Origin: a virus
Lineage: Duplodnaviria; Caudoviricetes
DNA length: 28,217 nt
Strand: one strand, 5' to 3'
IMG/VR virus record: IMGVR_UViG_3300037962_000411
Location: 1-28,217 of that record
Made by a program: the position numbers and the translations under genes. Below the pieces are notes generated by a model. The model worked only from the letters and a program-made list of their open reading frames with translations. It searched no databases and was not told where the DNA came from. Below are positions 17,232 through 26,596 of this stretch, piece after piece; position 1 is the stretch's first letter, and each line of letters starts with the position of its first letter.

Positions 17232-18785
17232 ATGCCTATTAAAGTAACATACAACCCAGACATGCTTGCTACTGGAGATTTGGCTCACGCCGCTGGCCGA
17301 GGTCAGTTTCTCCAAGAGCAGGACAGGTTCAACGAACAGATCAGACAGTACGATCAGTCTTTGGCGTTCAAAGCCCAACTAGCTAGGTTGGAAAACCAAC
17401 GGGCTCATCAAGCGGCGCAAGAGCAAGCCCGTCAGTTTAACTTGTCGCTGGATCAGAAAGACCGGTTAGCTGCCGCTGAAGCCGCTATGGAGCAGCAGAA
17501 AGAGAATCGGATTTGGGATCAAGCACAGTTGGAAGCGGGAGCGGAAAGAACGAAAGAAGCTCGGCTGCAACTTGAAGCATTTTATGAGCGTGAGCAGGAT
17601 CGGATACAAGAAAAGCGATTACAGCAGGAGGCTGAAGATCTAAAGCTCCACAGACAAAAACAGAATGAACTCGGACTCAACCGGCTTGTACACGATCAGA
17701 ACAAGTTTGATTATGATCAGTCGATGGTAGCCTACAGAGCGGCTGAAAAGGCTAAGAAGGGGCAGACTCAAGAAATAAAAGATCAAATCGACGCACAGTG
17801 GATAGCAGATTACGGTCACAAAGCCGGGTGGGGTGGTAAGTACCCAACAGACTACCAAGTAAACCCCGACCCCAAAGATAAACTCACCCTCAACAAGATG
17901 CAAGAGCATGTTGAAGGACTGAGAAAAAACGAAGACCCAAACGGAGATACCTGGATAAACAAATACATAGGGCCGGCTACCGATTATGGGGAGGAAGGCC
18001 CAGACGGTGTTTTTAGATACGACCCTCACCCCGGCGGCAAAAGCTTGTTGAGTGAACACCGAATTGCTGGGATAGAGGCACACGAAAAGGAACTCACCCA
18101 AAAACGTAACCACGATGCGACAACAAAAAAGGACAGCGCAAAGAATGATTGGGACAGAGATAAATATATGCTAGGTGTGGTGGAGACCGCCGTTAAAGAG
18201 TCGCTTGAAAATCTAGATACCGGCAAACCACGGACTAAAACCGAGCGAGAGGAATACGTAGACCAGAAGGTGGATGGGGTGATGAGAGTGTGGGACAGAA
18301 TGAAAAAGGCCCAACAAGGGGGCCAACAAGAGGGCCAACAAGAGGGTCTTCTAAGCCAAGCCTCCCGCTTCGCCCAAACGGCATGGCAAACGGTTCAACA
18401 AACGGCTCAACAAGTGGCTCAACAAGAGGCTCAACAAGAAGATCCACAAGTGGCTCTACCAGAAGATCCACAAGAAAACCCGATGGCGGAAGTGCAGGCA
18501 GCTTGGTCCCAAAAGAGATTAAGAGGGGGTGCCTTAGATGAGGACTGGGTGGAACAAAAGGCGATAGCCGCTCATGAGCTAGGGATGACCGTTAGACCCG
18601 ATGGTATAAACCAGGTTGGTGACCTCCCGGCTTGGACAGCGTTTGAGTTCAAGGGTAAATTGTATGTTAAACATCCTGACGGTAAATTTTTAGAAGTAAC
18701 GCGAGGCATAAGGTCTGGGCTGGATTCAGGAGGCTACGGCCAAGATGGAAATAGAGATATAAGGTCAAATAGGGGGGCGTTCTAA
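17232..18785 (+). CDS. Probable internal virion / ejection protein
   Basis: Long Q/E/R/A coiled coil, no Cys, Q-rich repeats; TAATG coupling to the giant protein. Confidence 0.65.
   Translation: MPIKVTYNPDMLATGDLAHAAGRGQFLQEQDRFNEQIRQYDQSLAFKAQLARLENQRAHQAAQEQARQFNLSLDQKDRLAAAEAAMEQQKENRIWDQAQLEAGAERTKEARLQLEAFYEREQDRIQEKRLQQEAEDLKLHRQKQNELGLNRLVHDQNKFDYDQSMVAYRAAEKAKKGQTQEIKDQIDAQWIADYGHKAGWGGKYPTDYQVNPDPKDKLTLNKMQEHVEGLRKNEDPNGDTWINKYIGPATDYGEEGPDGVFRYDPHPGGKSLLSEHRIAGIEAHEKELTQKRNHDATTKKDSAKNDWDRDKYMLGVVETAVKESLENLDTGKPRTKTEREEYVDQKVDGVMRVWDRMKKAQQGGQQEGQQEGLLSQASRFAQTAWQTVQQTAQQVAQQEAQQEDPQVALPEDPQENPMAEVQAAWSQKRLRGGALDEDWVEQKAIAAHELGMTVRPDGINQVGDLPAWTAFEFKGKLYVKHPDGKFLEVTRGIRSGLDSGGYGQDGNRDIRSNRGAF
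18309..18476 (+). repeat. Degenerate 12-bp coding repeats (xQQx)
   Basis: ggccaacaagag-type units at 18309-18344 and gctcaacaag/gatccacaag units at 18393-18476. Confidence 0.85.
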
Positions 18786-21700
18786 TGAAAACCTGGACAC
18801 TCGAAGAGCTGGCCGCACTCGAAGAGCTGGCCGCACTCGAAGAGCCGGAAGTACTCGAAGAGCCGGAAGTACTCGAAGAGCTGGCCGCACTCGAAGGGCC
18901 GGAAGTACTCGAAGGGCCGGAAGTGGGTGAGTCCGACGAATCCCTGGACCCACCACTCTCTGAACCAGATCCGACGCTCGCAGGAGCGGATGAACCCGAA
19001 CAGACTATCGAAGATCTTTTGCGACTCTCTGAAACGGCGGTCGCAGGAGCATATGATCCCGAAGAGACTGTTGAGGATCTTTTGCGAAGGCATGCCCAAC
19101 AGCGGGAACAACTACAACAACAAAATCTACTACAACGACAACAAACCCAGCGAGCCGCTGAGGAACGCAGAGAAGAGGGCGAGCAGAGAACCGCCGAGTA
19201 TGTCGAACAGCACAAACAGGCTCTCGGAGGCTCTCGGGAGAAAAGAAGCATCGACCTCGAAGAGCTGGCGGTGGGTGGGTACGACGAATACCCGGAGCCC
19301 GCACCCTCTGAACCAGGAACCCCCGAGTTTTCCAAGTGGCTTGTCGAGAAGCAGATGTGGGATCGTCATCAGCGTCAAAAAGGGAAAACCATAGTACAAC
19401 GGGAAAAGAACTACGCCAAGTGGTATCAAGAAGCTATCGAACGATCAGAAAAAGGGGACTTCGACATAAAAACGCCTGAGTATGTAATTAAAAAGACACC
19501 GTTTATTGGCACGGTTGCCGAAGGCGTAGAGGTTTACGAGTTCGTCGAATCTGTAGAAAAGATCAAAAACAAAACTGCCGAAGCGAGAGACTTCAATGTA
19601 GTCGTCAGTATGTTGCGCCGCCAAGAGAACGAAGCTGACAGCTCTTGGGGGGACGCAGTCTTGGACACGATAGCCAGCCTCCCTGGCTTCGCAGTAGAGT
19701 TTGGGTTAACCGGCGGTGCAGGGACGGCTGGACGAGCTTTGGCGGCGAGATACCTGCGTAAGGTACTCGGCAAGTACGCAAAAAAGAAAGCCGCCCAAGT
19801 TGCGATTAAAGGCGGAGCAATAGCGACAGGTATCGGTCTCCGAACCGCAGCTATGCCTCAGCAGGTATTCGCCGCCACCACTCAAAAAATGACGCCGGAG
19901 GTAGACCGGGGGGCTATCCTATCCGGCGATGCGGAACATGCCCTATCCGCGATAGACAACACCACGTCTAAAGATTTCGGTACGGCTTTACTCAAAGGAC
20001 TAGGCAGCACGTACACTGAGGTTCTAACCGAATCGGTTGGCCCCGTCCTGAACAAGGTTTTTGCCAAGATTGGTGCGGGGACAGGAGCTTCGCGAATAAA
20101 GAAAGCCGTCACCGACCATCTACTCGGGGAGAGAAAGCTTACCCCAGATCGCTTAAAAGGCATATACGCCAAAGGGGGCTGGGACGGTCTTTTCGCAGAG
20201 TTCGGCGAAGAGCGGTTGGGCGAGCTTATCCGAGGACTCACCGGCATCGAAGACGACTACGGAGCAACCGGAGATGTCCTATCCGGCGATCCAGAGAGAA
20301 TTAAACAGGGTCTGTATGACATGTCTGTCGAAGGTGGGGCGTTCTTCGCACCGACCGCAATACGATCCACCCGACATCTGTTTAGGCCAATGGCCGGGGA
20401 GCGCGCGTTCAATACGGAGTCTGAAGAAGCCCAAGAGTTCATAGCCAACCCGTCTAGGAATAACGCTAAGAAGCTGGGGGTGCATGGACTCGCACCTAGT
20501 GCCAAAGAAAGAAAGAAACTCGCCGAAGAGATGGAAGCGTGGGAGGGTTTCAAAAAAGGGATGTGGGACGTAGCTACGTCCCCCCGAGAGGCCGATTCGG
20601 CTATTCGGATTACCGAGGCCAGAGCCAGAGCTTTAGGTGAGAGCCCCGGCAGTTTTGTCAAGAGAAGGATTCGGGGGGTCGAGAAACACGATTCATACGA
20701 GGGGTATATGAAGAGTGTTCGCCAAGACCAAACAGGTCTCGAACCTGGCGTAGACCCGAAGGAATACAAGCAGCAGGGTGGTAGTGATGCTCAAGAAGCC
20801 GACTTCAGATCCGGCGTAGGCCCGCGACTCCCCTCTGGCCCCAGGAGAGTTCGTGGCCACATACAGATGCACGAAGATGGCACAAACACTATTCGTGTCT
20901 TCGCCGATGCTCAAGACGCCAGTACGCTGATCCATGAGCTAGGCCATCTGTTCATCCAAGACCTAGGCCCTAAAGATATCGGTACGGTGGGTCGATGGGC
21001 TGGGGCCAAGAAGAATGAGGACGACCAGTGGGTGTTCAGCAGAGAGGCTCATGAGAAGTGGGCTAGAGGGTTCGAGAGATACCTGAGAGACGGCAAAGCC
21101 CCATCCAACAAACTCAAGAGAGCCTTTAAGAAGTTCAAAAAGTGGCTGACAGAGATTTACGGCGTTATCAAAGGTTCGCCAATCGACGTTGAAATCTCCC
21201 CCCAGATTCGAGATGTCTTCGATAGGATGCTTACGGAGACTGTTGAGGGCGATTTGCAACGCGATCTGACGTCTGCAGGAGCGGATGGACCCGAGGAACA
21301 AACCCCTTCCTCTGGAGCAGGGGGGCTCGGTGTTATAACACCCGCCACAGAGGGTGTGGGGGAAAACATAACAAAAGCGGGGAGAAAGACGATGGTGGCT
21401 TTGAGAAGAGCCTTCGCATCGAAGGGACTCAAAACCGAACATATGGATGACACCATAACGGGACGAGACGGTTTTATCCTCAAACACACAACAGCCATTC
21501 AGCAGAACACCGCCGAGTTGAAAAAAGCGTACCGACGCATAAACGGGCGGCGTGCTGAGATCACGCCAAAGGAGGCAGAGAGATTCAATCGTGCCCTGCA
21601 AGACCCGGAAGTCATGAAGGAGATGCCTTTGGAGCTTGCCGTACCACTAACCGAAATGCGGGACCACGTCGATACTTTGTCTCGGCGTCTATATGAACTT

Positions 21701-23956
21701 GTGGGCGAAGACTCCGACCTCGGCAGTGCAATCGAAGAGCGTTTCGGGAAGTATCTGACTCGGACGTATAAGAAGTTCACCGATCCAGGCTGGGTCGATA
21801 AGGCATTGGCGGACACGCAGATCATGGCTGACTTTGCAGCGGAGGTTAGGGGGCACGCACCAAAAGCCACAAAAGCAGAGATCCGCACACTGGCCGAACA
21901 GATGTTGCGTAGGGACACCCGTAGCCTCAAAAGCGTGTCCTCGGGGGTCCAGGGCTATGTTAATGTTATGAAGAAACGGAAAGTAGACAGTCCGGCGATA
22001 CGGGCGTTGTACGGCGAACACAAGGATGTGTTCATTAACTACAGGCAGACAGTTTCCAACATAGCTAAGTTGGTTGCCAACAAAGAGGCCATGGCGGATA
22101 TCTTGGAGGTGGGGTTAAAGACGGGGATAATGTCCACCGACCAGTCACACGGACACACACATGAGGTGAACCACAAGAAGCTCCCGCAGTTGGAGATTTT
22201 CGAGGGTGTTTTCATGGACGAGACGACCGCCCAAGCTCTCGAAGATGTCTATGATGAATTCACGAGGGTCGGCGGAATTCTTGGGGATCTACAACGCTCC
22301 TATCTCGGTTTGTCTTTAGCTGGAAAAGCAGCCTTAACGGTCGGATCGTGGACAGCCACAGTCCGTAACCTTTTCAGTGGGGTTGGACAATCGCTGTCTA
22401 ACGGCATGGTCAGCAAAAAGAACATGAAAAAGGCGGCTGAGATCGTATGGTGGGACGGAGTAAAAGGTGCTTTGTCGACCGAAGCCACGTCCAAAAAAGA
22501 CCGAGAAACGAAACAGCGATTGGTCGAACTTCGAGTAATAGAAGACGTTGCATACGACGAACTAAAAGGTATAGGGAAAGAGATTGTCCGGGGGGAATCC
22601 TACCCTGGCGTCCAAATCACAGACAACATGGAAGTTGGAGAGTGGGGAAGAGCCAAGCTTGCGATATCGGCAGGGAGGGCTGTGGCTAAAGGCGCTGGCA
22701 AAGTCTACCAGTCTATGGACGCTGTACGAAGGGTGGCCACCTTTTTAGAGTTCATGAAAGACTACAAGGAGGCGTTCCCAGAGATGTCTAAAAAAGAACT
22801 AGAAGAGTTTTGTGCCAAGAGACTCAGAGACCTCGACCCAACATATAGCAGGGCTAGTAAGGCTGCTAAGTTGTGGAGCCGGTACTTTCCGTGGGGTCCA
22901 TTCTCTATGTTCCACGCTGAGCAGATAAGAACCAACGCCAACAGGGTTAAGATCATTAGAGAAGAGATGTCTAGCGACAACGCCGTGTTGCGAAGGTTGG
23001 GCCGTCGTAAGTTCATTGGAACTGCGGCGTGGTTGGCTTTACCAAACCTAGCCGCAAAATCGTGGCACGCTTTCATAGGGCTCTCCCCGGAAGAGGAAGA
23101 GGAACTACGTGAGAGAACAGCGTTTTCGGCGAACAGTGACGTTGTTTTCCTCTCGTGGAATAGAGAGGCTGGAAAGTATAAATACCTAGACCTGTCTTAC
23201 TCCGATCCATTCGGCGTACTCAAGAGAACAATTCGGGGTGGTTTGAGAAAAGGAGGCGCAGAGGCGGCTGGGGAGTTTTTGAGCCCGTTTACGGGCGAAG
23301 ACGTAGCTGCCAAAGCTCTGAAAGAGTTGTATGATGGCGACGTAGCCGACGAAGGTGTGGACGAATACACGCAGATCAAGCAGATAGCCGAACATTTGAG
23401 AGATTTGGTCACGCCGCAGACGATCAAAGCTTGGAAGAAAATACAGGGGATTTCTCCGGGTAAGCGGGCTCCTGAAATCACTGCGACGATCACCGGTTTT
23501 AGGGTCTCTGAGGGGGACATAGACAGAACCGATGGTTTCGCCACCAGGAAGTTCGTCAGAACCATGCGGGCATCTGAAGACGACGTTAGGAAAAAACTCA
23601 AGTACGGGGATATAGAGGATCTGGTGCAATACTACGAATCCGCTGAGCGAAAGAGGAAAAAGACGTTCAACGAGTGGGCTGATTACATAGATGGGTCTTC
23701 GGTCTTAGGGGTGCCGAAATCTGCTACCACGCTAGATAACCATTTAAACAACAGACACAAGAAACTTGTGAGACAAGTAATCGCCGATTCTTATGTACCG
23801 TTTCGCCCATCCCCCACCACCATAAATTGGCTAGAAAAGGGAAAGGAGGAAGCCGATAAGTACGACAAACACAAGTGGGAAGCTCGCATCACTGCCGGTA
23901 AATTAATTATCCAGATGGCCAAGGAGGCCGATTCGGATTCTACGACAAAACCTTAA
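18785..23956 (+). CDS. Large polyvalent / ejection protein with zincin-like metallopeptidase domain
   Basis: 1723 aa; STLIHELGHLF followed by HEKWARGFERYLRDGKAP...FKKWLTEIY, a pattern of phage large polyvalent proteins; G/A-rich hydrophobic segments; C-terminal YLDLSYSDPF region. Confidence 0.8.
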   Translation: MKTWTLEELAALEELAALEEPEVLEEPEVLEELAALEGPEVLEGPEVGESDESLDPPLSEPDPTLAGADEPEQTIEDLLRLSETAVAGAYDPEETVEDLLRRHAQQREQLQQQNLLQRQQTQRAAEERREEGEQRTAEYVEQHKQALGGSREKRSIDLEELAVGGYDEYPEPAPSEPGTPEFSKWLVEKQMWDRHQRQKGKTIVQREKNYAKWYQEAIERSEKGDFDIKTPEYVIKKTPFIGTVAEGVEVYEFVESVEKIKNKTAEARDFNVVVSMLRRQENEADSSWGDAVLDTIASLPGFAVEFGLTGGAGTAGRALAARYLRKVLGKYAKKKAAQVAIKGGAIATGIGLRTAAMPQQVFAATTQKMTPEVDRGAILSGDAEHALSAIDNTTSKDFGTALLKGLGSTYTEVLTESVGPVLNKVFAKIGAGTGASRIKKAVTDHLLGERKLTPDRLKGIYAKGGWDGLFAEFGEERLGELIRGLTGIEDDYGATGDVLSGDPERIKQGLYDMSVEGGAFFAPTAIRSTRHLFRPMAGERAFNTESEEAQEFIANPSRNNAKKLGVHGLAPSAKERKKLAEEMEAWEGFKKGMWDVATSPREADSAIRITEARARALGESPGSFVKRRIRGVEKHDSYEGYMKSVRQDQTGLEPGVDPKEYKQQGGSDAQEADFRSGVGPRLPSGPRRVRGHIQMHEDGTNTIRVFADAQDASTLIHELGHLFIQDLGPKDIGTVGRWAGAKKNEDDQWVFSREAHEKWARGFERYLRDGKAPSNKLKRAFKKFKKWLTEIYGVIKGSPIDVEISPQIRDVFDRMLTETVEGDLQRDLTSAGADGPEEQTPSSGAGGLGVITPATEGVGENITKAGRKTMVALRRAFASKGLKTEHMDDTITGRDGFILKHTTAIQQNTAELKKAYRRINGRRAEITPKEAERFNRALQDPEVMKEMPLELAVPLTEMRDHVDTLSRRLYELVGEDSDLGSAIEERFGKYLTRTYKKFTDPGWVDKALADTQIMADFAAEVRGHAPKATKAEIRTLAEQMLRRDTRSLKSVSSGVQGYVNVMKKRKVDSPAIRALYGEHKDVFINYRQTVSNIAKLVANKEAMADILEVGLKTGIMSTDQSHGHTHEVNHKKLPQLEIFEGVFMDETTAQALEDVYDEFTRVGGILGDLQRSYLGLSLAGKAALTVGSWTATVRNLFSGVGQSLSNGMVSKKNMKKAAEIVWWDGVKGALSTEATSKKDRETKQRLVELRVIEDVAYDELKGIGKEIVRGESYPGVQITDNMEVGEWGRAKLAISAGRAVAKGAGKVYQSMDAVRRVATFLEFMKDYKEAFPEMSKKELEEFCAKRLRDLDPTYSRASKAAKLWSRYFPWGPFSMFHAEQIRTNANRVKIIREEMSSDNAVLRRLGRRKFIGTAAWLALPNLAAKSWHAFIGLSPEEEEELRERTAFSANSDVVFLSWNREAGKYKYLDLSYSDPFGVLKRTIRGGLRKGGAEAAGEFLSPFTGEDVAAKALKELYDGDVADEGVDEYTQIKQIAEHLRDLVTPQTIKAWKKIQGISPGKRAPEITATITGFRVSEGDIDRTDGFATRKFVRTMRASEDDVRKKLKYGDIEDLVQYYESAERKRKKTFNEWADYIDGSSVLGVPKSATTLDNHLNNRHKKLVRQVIADSYVPFRPSPTTINWLEKGKEEADKYDKHKWEARITAGKLIIQMAKEADSDSTTKP
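18800..18925 (+). repeat. Seven 18-bp coding tandem repeats
   Basis: ctcgaagagctggccgca / ctcgaagagccggaagta / ctcgaagggccggaagta encoding LEELAA LEELAA LEEPEV LEEPEV LEELAA LEGPEV LEGPEV. Confidence 0.95.
18978..19087 (+). repeat. 47-bp imperfect direct repeat at 63-bp spacing
   Basis: 18978-19024 versus 19041-19087, 40/47 identical by eye; AGADEPEQTIEDLLR / AGAYDPEETVEDLLR. Confidence 0.85.
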
Positions 23957-24248
23957 CGCCGTTACCCGCAACGCGAATGTCGATGTCAGGTGAGCCGCCG
24001 TTCGATACGTCAAACCGGAAGAAGATACCACCTGGCAAGTCGTACAGCTTGAACGTCCCCGCAGTGAACGTCTGATCCACCCCATCTACGTTGAACGTAG
24101 AAAAAGTTGAGTTGTCAACGGATGCCTCTAGTGTAACCGTCTGGCTAGAGAACGAGCCGGATAGGTAGACCCAGCACTTCGTGTGTTGCTGAGAGATAAA
24201 TACTTTTGAGGTGTCATCGGCTCCGAGAGTTTCGCTTAAAATTTGCAT
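23940..24248 (-). CDS. Small beta-sandwich-like protein, possibly virion-associated
   Basis: AGGAG RBS; SGSF...TVTLEASVD pattern; last gene of the - strand operon. Confidence 0.65.
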   Translation of the reverse strand: MQILSETLGADDTSKVFISQQHTKCWVYLSGSFSSQTVTLEASVDNSTFSTFNVDGVDQTFTAGTFKLYDLPGGIFFRFDVSNGGSPDIDIRVAGNGVKVLS

Positions 24249-24257
24249 GTCTGCTCC

Positions 24258-25235
24258 TTAGTGTTCGTGGTCCGCTAATCCGCGAGCCATCTTCATGGTT
24301 AGTGTTTGGTCTATGGCCGGGGCGACCATGTGTTGGACGTACTCAAAGGGTCCAATGTCGTTGTTAACTCTAGTTCTATTGTTGAAATCTTTCGCCGGGG
24401 TATTTGCGGCCTCTCCGTTGATAGTCCAGTTGGTGAAGTCTTCGTGCCTCAATGTGTAATCGCCGCCAGCGTAGTCGGTGAAGTATGTCCCGGTTGCAGT
24501 CTTGTTCGCCACGCTGCCTGTGTTGTCGTCGTGGTTACCGTCTTCGGCAGTGGAGTCTTGTGATACGCAATACCTTACGTTGGTCGTTTGAGTGCCACCT
24601 GCATGAGCAAAGTCGTCCCCGGTATTGCCGAAACTCAAACAGTTGTAGTAATTTCCGATGTTGCTAGCGTTTGCCGCACAGTTCTGGGCAGCACCAGTGC
24701 AACCGACAAATAGGCAATTGCGAAATGTGGCTGTTGTTGTGGTTCGTGCTCCACGGTAGCCACTACCCCCTGGATTTTCAAAGATGCAATTGTCGCAGTC
24801 CAGGGCTGTGGTTGCCGAAGAGGACCAGATCAAAATAGAGTGTTGCGTCACGTTTTTAATATGGACTCGGTTGAGGGTAACCGTGTCGGTGCCGTTGCTT
24901 GTTTGGACTCCTGACTTCGTCGAAGACTGGCCGGTCCCATCCAAAATAAGATCCTCGACAGTGAGGGAGGTGATCGAGCTATCTCCTGCGTAGATCATCT
25001 GATAACCACCTGTTTTTGAAGTCACTGTCCTTTTGACCCCAGGCGTATCGCTCTTGATCGTGATGTTCACTGCGTTCCAGCCGTTCGCCATGCTCAGGTT
25101 GTCTGTGATGTCCTCCGTCAGAATCACTATTTGATTTTCATCGTGACCTGCGACTCCTACGGCATCCTCCCATTCATCCAAGCCTGGATAGTCATTCTCT
25201 TCACCAGGGCCAATGTAACTTATATTAGTTGCCAT
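24258..25235 (-). CDS. Right-handed beta-helix (pectin-lyase-like) protein
   Basis: Periodic coils VEDLILDG, LNRVHIKN, CDNCIFEN, FRNCLFVG, YYNCLSFGN, VRYCVS; C-terminal GDYTL...DIGPFEY; GAGG RBS. Confidence 0.72.
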   Translation of the reverse strand: MATNISYIGPGEENDYPGLDEWEDAVGVAGHDENQIVILTEDITDNLSMANGWNAVNITIKSDTPGVKRTVTSKTGGYQMIYAGDSSITSLTVEDLILDGTGQSSTKSGVQTSNGTDTVTLNRVHIKNVTQHSILIWSSSATTALDCDNCIFENPGGSGYRGARTTTTATFRNCLFVGCTGAAQNCAANASNIGNYYNCLSFGNTGDDFAHAGGTQTTNVRYCVSQDSTAEDGNHDDNTGSVANKTATGTYFTDYAGGDYTLRHEDFTNWTINGEAANTPAKDFNNRTRVNNDIGPFEYVQHMVAPAIDQTLTMKMARGLADHEH

Positions 25236-25238
25236 GGA

Positions 25239-25565
25239 TTACCTCACTTCAATCGGTTGGATAAGATTTACATCTATAGGCTCTGTAATTAGGCAGCATT
25301 TTGCGTCTCTGTCTTCGATCTTGTGTTGCTCTTCAACGGGCACGACCTTGGTTAGGTCCACTCGGTAGCTGTGCGAGTGTAGATGATCCCCATTATCGTC
25401 TACGATTGGACCTTTGTATTCTCTGGCCTCAGCAAGAGTCAGATCGGTGTAGACGTTGATGAAGTGCTTGCACATCGCTTCGGAGCATCGACCTTCTCCG
25501 AATCGAGAGTCGTCTGTGCATGACACAACATCTCCATTCTTGATACTCAAGTGAAACCAAGTCAT
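25239..25565 (-). CDS. Hypothetical protein
   Basis: AGGAG RBS, ATGA overlap with the upstream gene. Confidence 0.7.
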   Translation of the reverse strand: MTWFHLSIKNGDVVSCTDDSRFGEGRCSEAMCKHFINVYTDLTLAEAREYKGPIVDDNGDHLHSHSYRVDLTKVVPVEEQHKIEDRDAKCCLITEPIDVNLIQPIEVR

Positions 25566-25882
25566 CGGTTCGCTCCTAATTTTAACATGCGATTGTTTTC
25601 TCTTGTTATGTCGGTGTTCTCTTTGATTGCTTCGCGTGTCGCTTGCGACTCATCGCCTATATGCTCGATTGCGTGGGTGCTGTTAGTTAGCCCCTCCACG
25701 ACCTTGGAGGTCAGCTCTCGATTGTACTGCAATGCGTGGATACGCTCTTCCTGGAATGCGTCAGTCATTCGTATACCTTGCCAAACAAGCACGCCCGCTA
25801 TAACTGAAGTCGGGCCAAATAGTTTTGCTGCGTAGATGACTCGGCCCACTAAGTCTTCCGGTGTCTTTTCGTCTGCGGTCAT
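25562..25882 (-). CDS. Single-TM plus coiled-coil protein, holin-like
   Basis: Hydrophobic LFGPTSVIAGVLVWQGI followed by an amphipathic helix; holin role is inference. Confidence 0.5.
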   Translation of the reverse strand: MTADEKTPEDLVGRVIYAAKLFGPTSVIAGVLVWQGIRMTDAFQEERIHALQYNRELTSKVVEGLTNSTHAIEHIGDESQATREAIKENTDITRENNRMLKLGANR

Positions 25883-25898
25883 GTTTGTCTGCCTATGG

Positions 25899-26315
25899 TC
25901 ATGCTCCTAGTTCGCCGTTCTTAGACGACGAAGCTTTACCCGCCATAACCAAAGCTTCGTTGAGTGTTACAAACGGGTACTCGGTGTTGTCGTGTTCAGA
26001 AATAAATATGTAGCCGATGATGCGGTCGAAAGACAAAAGGTCTTTCAACACGTTGGAAGATGTGGGTGCCGGGATGAATAGCCGCAGAACTGTAGGGTCG
26101 GCCTGCACAAGTAGCTTCTCAGCCAATTGCGTGGCCTCGTATCCTTCGAGCGTGCTGAGTGGGGGGCACCAACAATCTTTCAAACGAATCGCCCACGTAA
26201 AAACACTGCCGGGAATGCGGACAACAACCGTGTCCCCATCCCGACAGTGGTCATAGGTTACTGGCAGGCATAAACCGGTGCCCGGACATTTACTCGGAAA
26301 AGACTTAGTAGTCAT
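25899..26315 (-). CDS. Thermonuclease (SNase)-like protein, degenerate active site
   Basis: DGDTVVV, IRL, G.EA, FDRIIGYIF, LNEALV.AG.A follow the SNase pattern. Confidence 0.8.
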   Translation of the reverse strand: MTTKSFPSKCPGTGLCLPVTYDHCRDGDTVVVRIPGSVFTWAIRLKDCWCPPLSTLEGYEATQLAEKLLVQADPTVLRLFIPAPTSSNVLKDLLSFDRIIGYIFISEHDNTEYPFVTLNEALVMAGKASSSKNGELGA

Positions 26316-26553
26316 ACCTTAGTTCCGGGGTATATCGGTAGTAGCCAGGAGCCGGTACGCATTGGTATCGAAGGTTAAACGACCTCGTTACAACACGCCC
26401 AATGCCATGGAGACCAACCACTATGGGAGCGGGTCTCGGATACACGTAGTAAGCCGCATAGGTATGTGGCTGCGTATATCCGTATCGGGCCTCTGCTGTT
26501 TCGCAGGCTAAGACGAGTGTTAACGCAGCTAGCATACCTAGTACGAATCTCAC
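26305..26553 (-). CDS. Small secreted Tyr/Pro-rich protein
   Basis: Signal-peptide-like MRFVLGMLAALTLVLACETAEA (AxA); GTG start after GAGGTG. Confidence 0.65.
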   Translation of the reverse strand: MRFVLGMLAALTLVLACETAEARYGYTQPHTYAAYYVYPRPAPIVVGLHGIGRVVTRSFNLRYQCVPAPGYYRYTPELRYDY

Positions 26554-26596
26554 TCTGTCACCTCACTTTCTAAGGGTGGTCTGAAACTTCTAGTCC

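Noticed and set aside
18235-19335. Repetitive ORFs in other frames (LLVEP, PALRV, FECGQL, TRG and Ser-rich)
   Set aside because: Shadows of the 12-bp and 18-bp coding repeats of the + strand genes.
19918-20290. 13-bp direct repeat cctatccggcgat (LSGD twice) as TR/VR or att site
   Set aside because: Too short, inside coding sequence, no adenine-specific mismatch pattern, and no reverse transcriptase or integrase in the window.
2293-23629. Numerous short antisense and alternate-frame ORFs nested in the structural genes
   Set aside because: Fully overlapped by longer motif-bearing, RBS-led, translationally coupled genes; no independent support.
18785-23956. Virion RNA polymerase or tape measure identity for the giant protein
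   Set aside because: No recognisable T7-like or multisubunit polymerase catalytic motifs, and no tail tube or chaperone genes; the zincin pattern fits a polyvalent ejection protein.
24085-24101. Inverted repeat tctacgtt-g-aacgtaga as terminator
   Set aside because: Inside a CDS, weak stem, and the A/T run is on the wrong side for termination on either strand.
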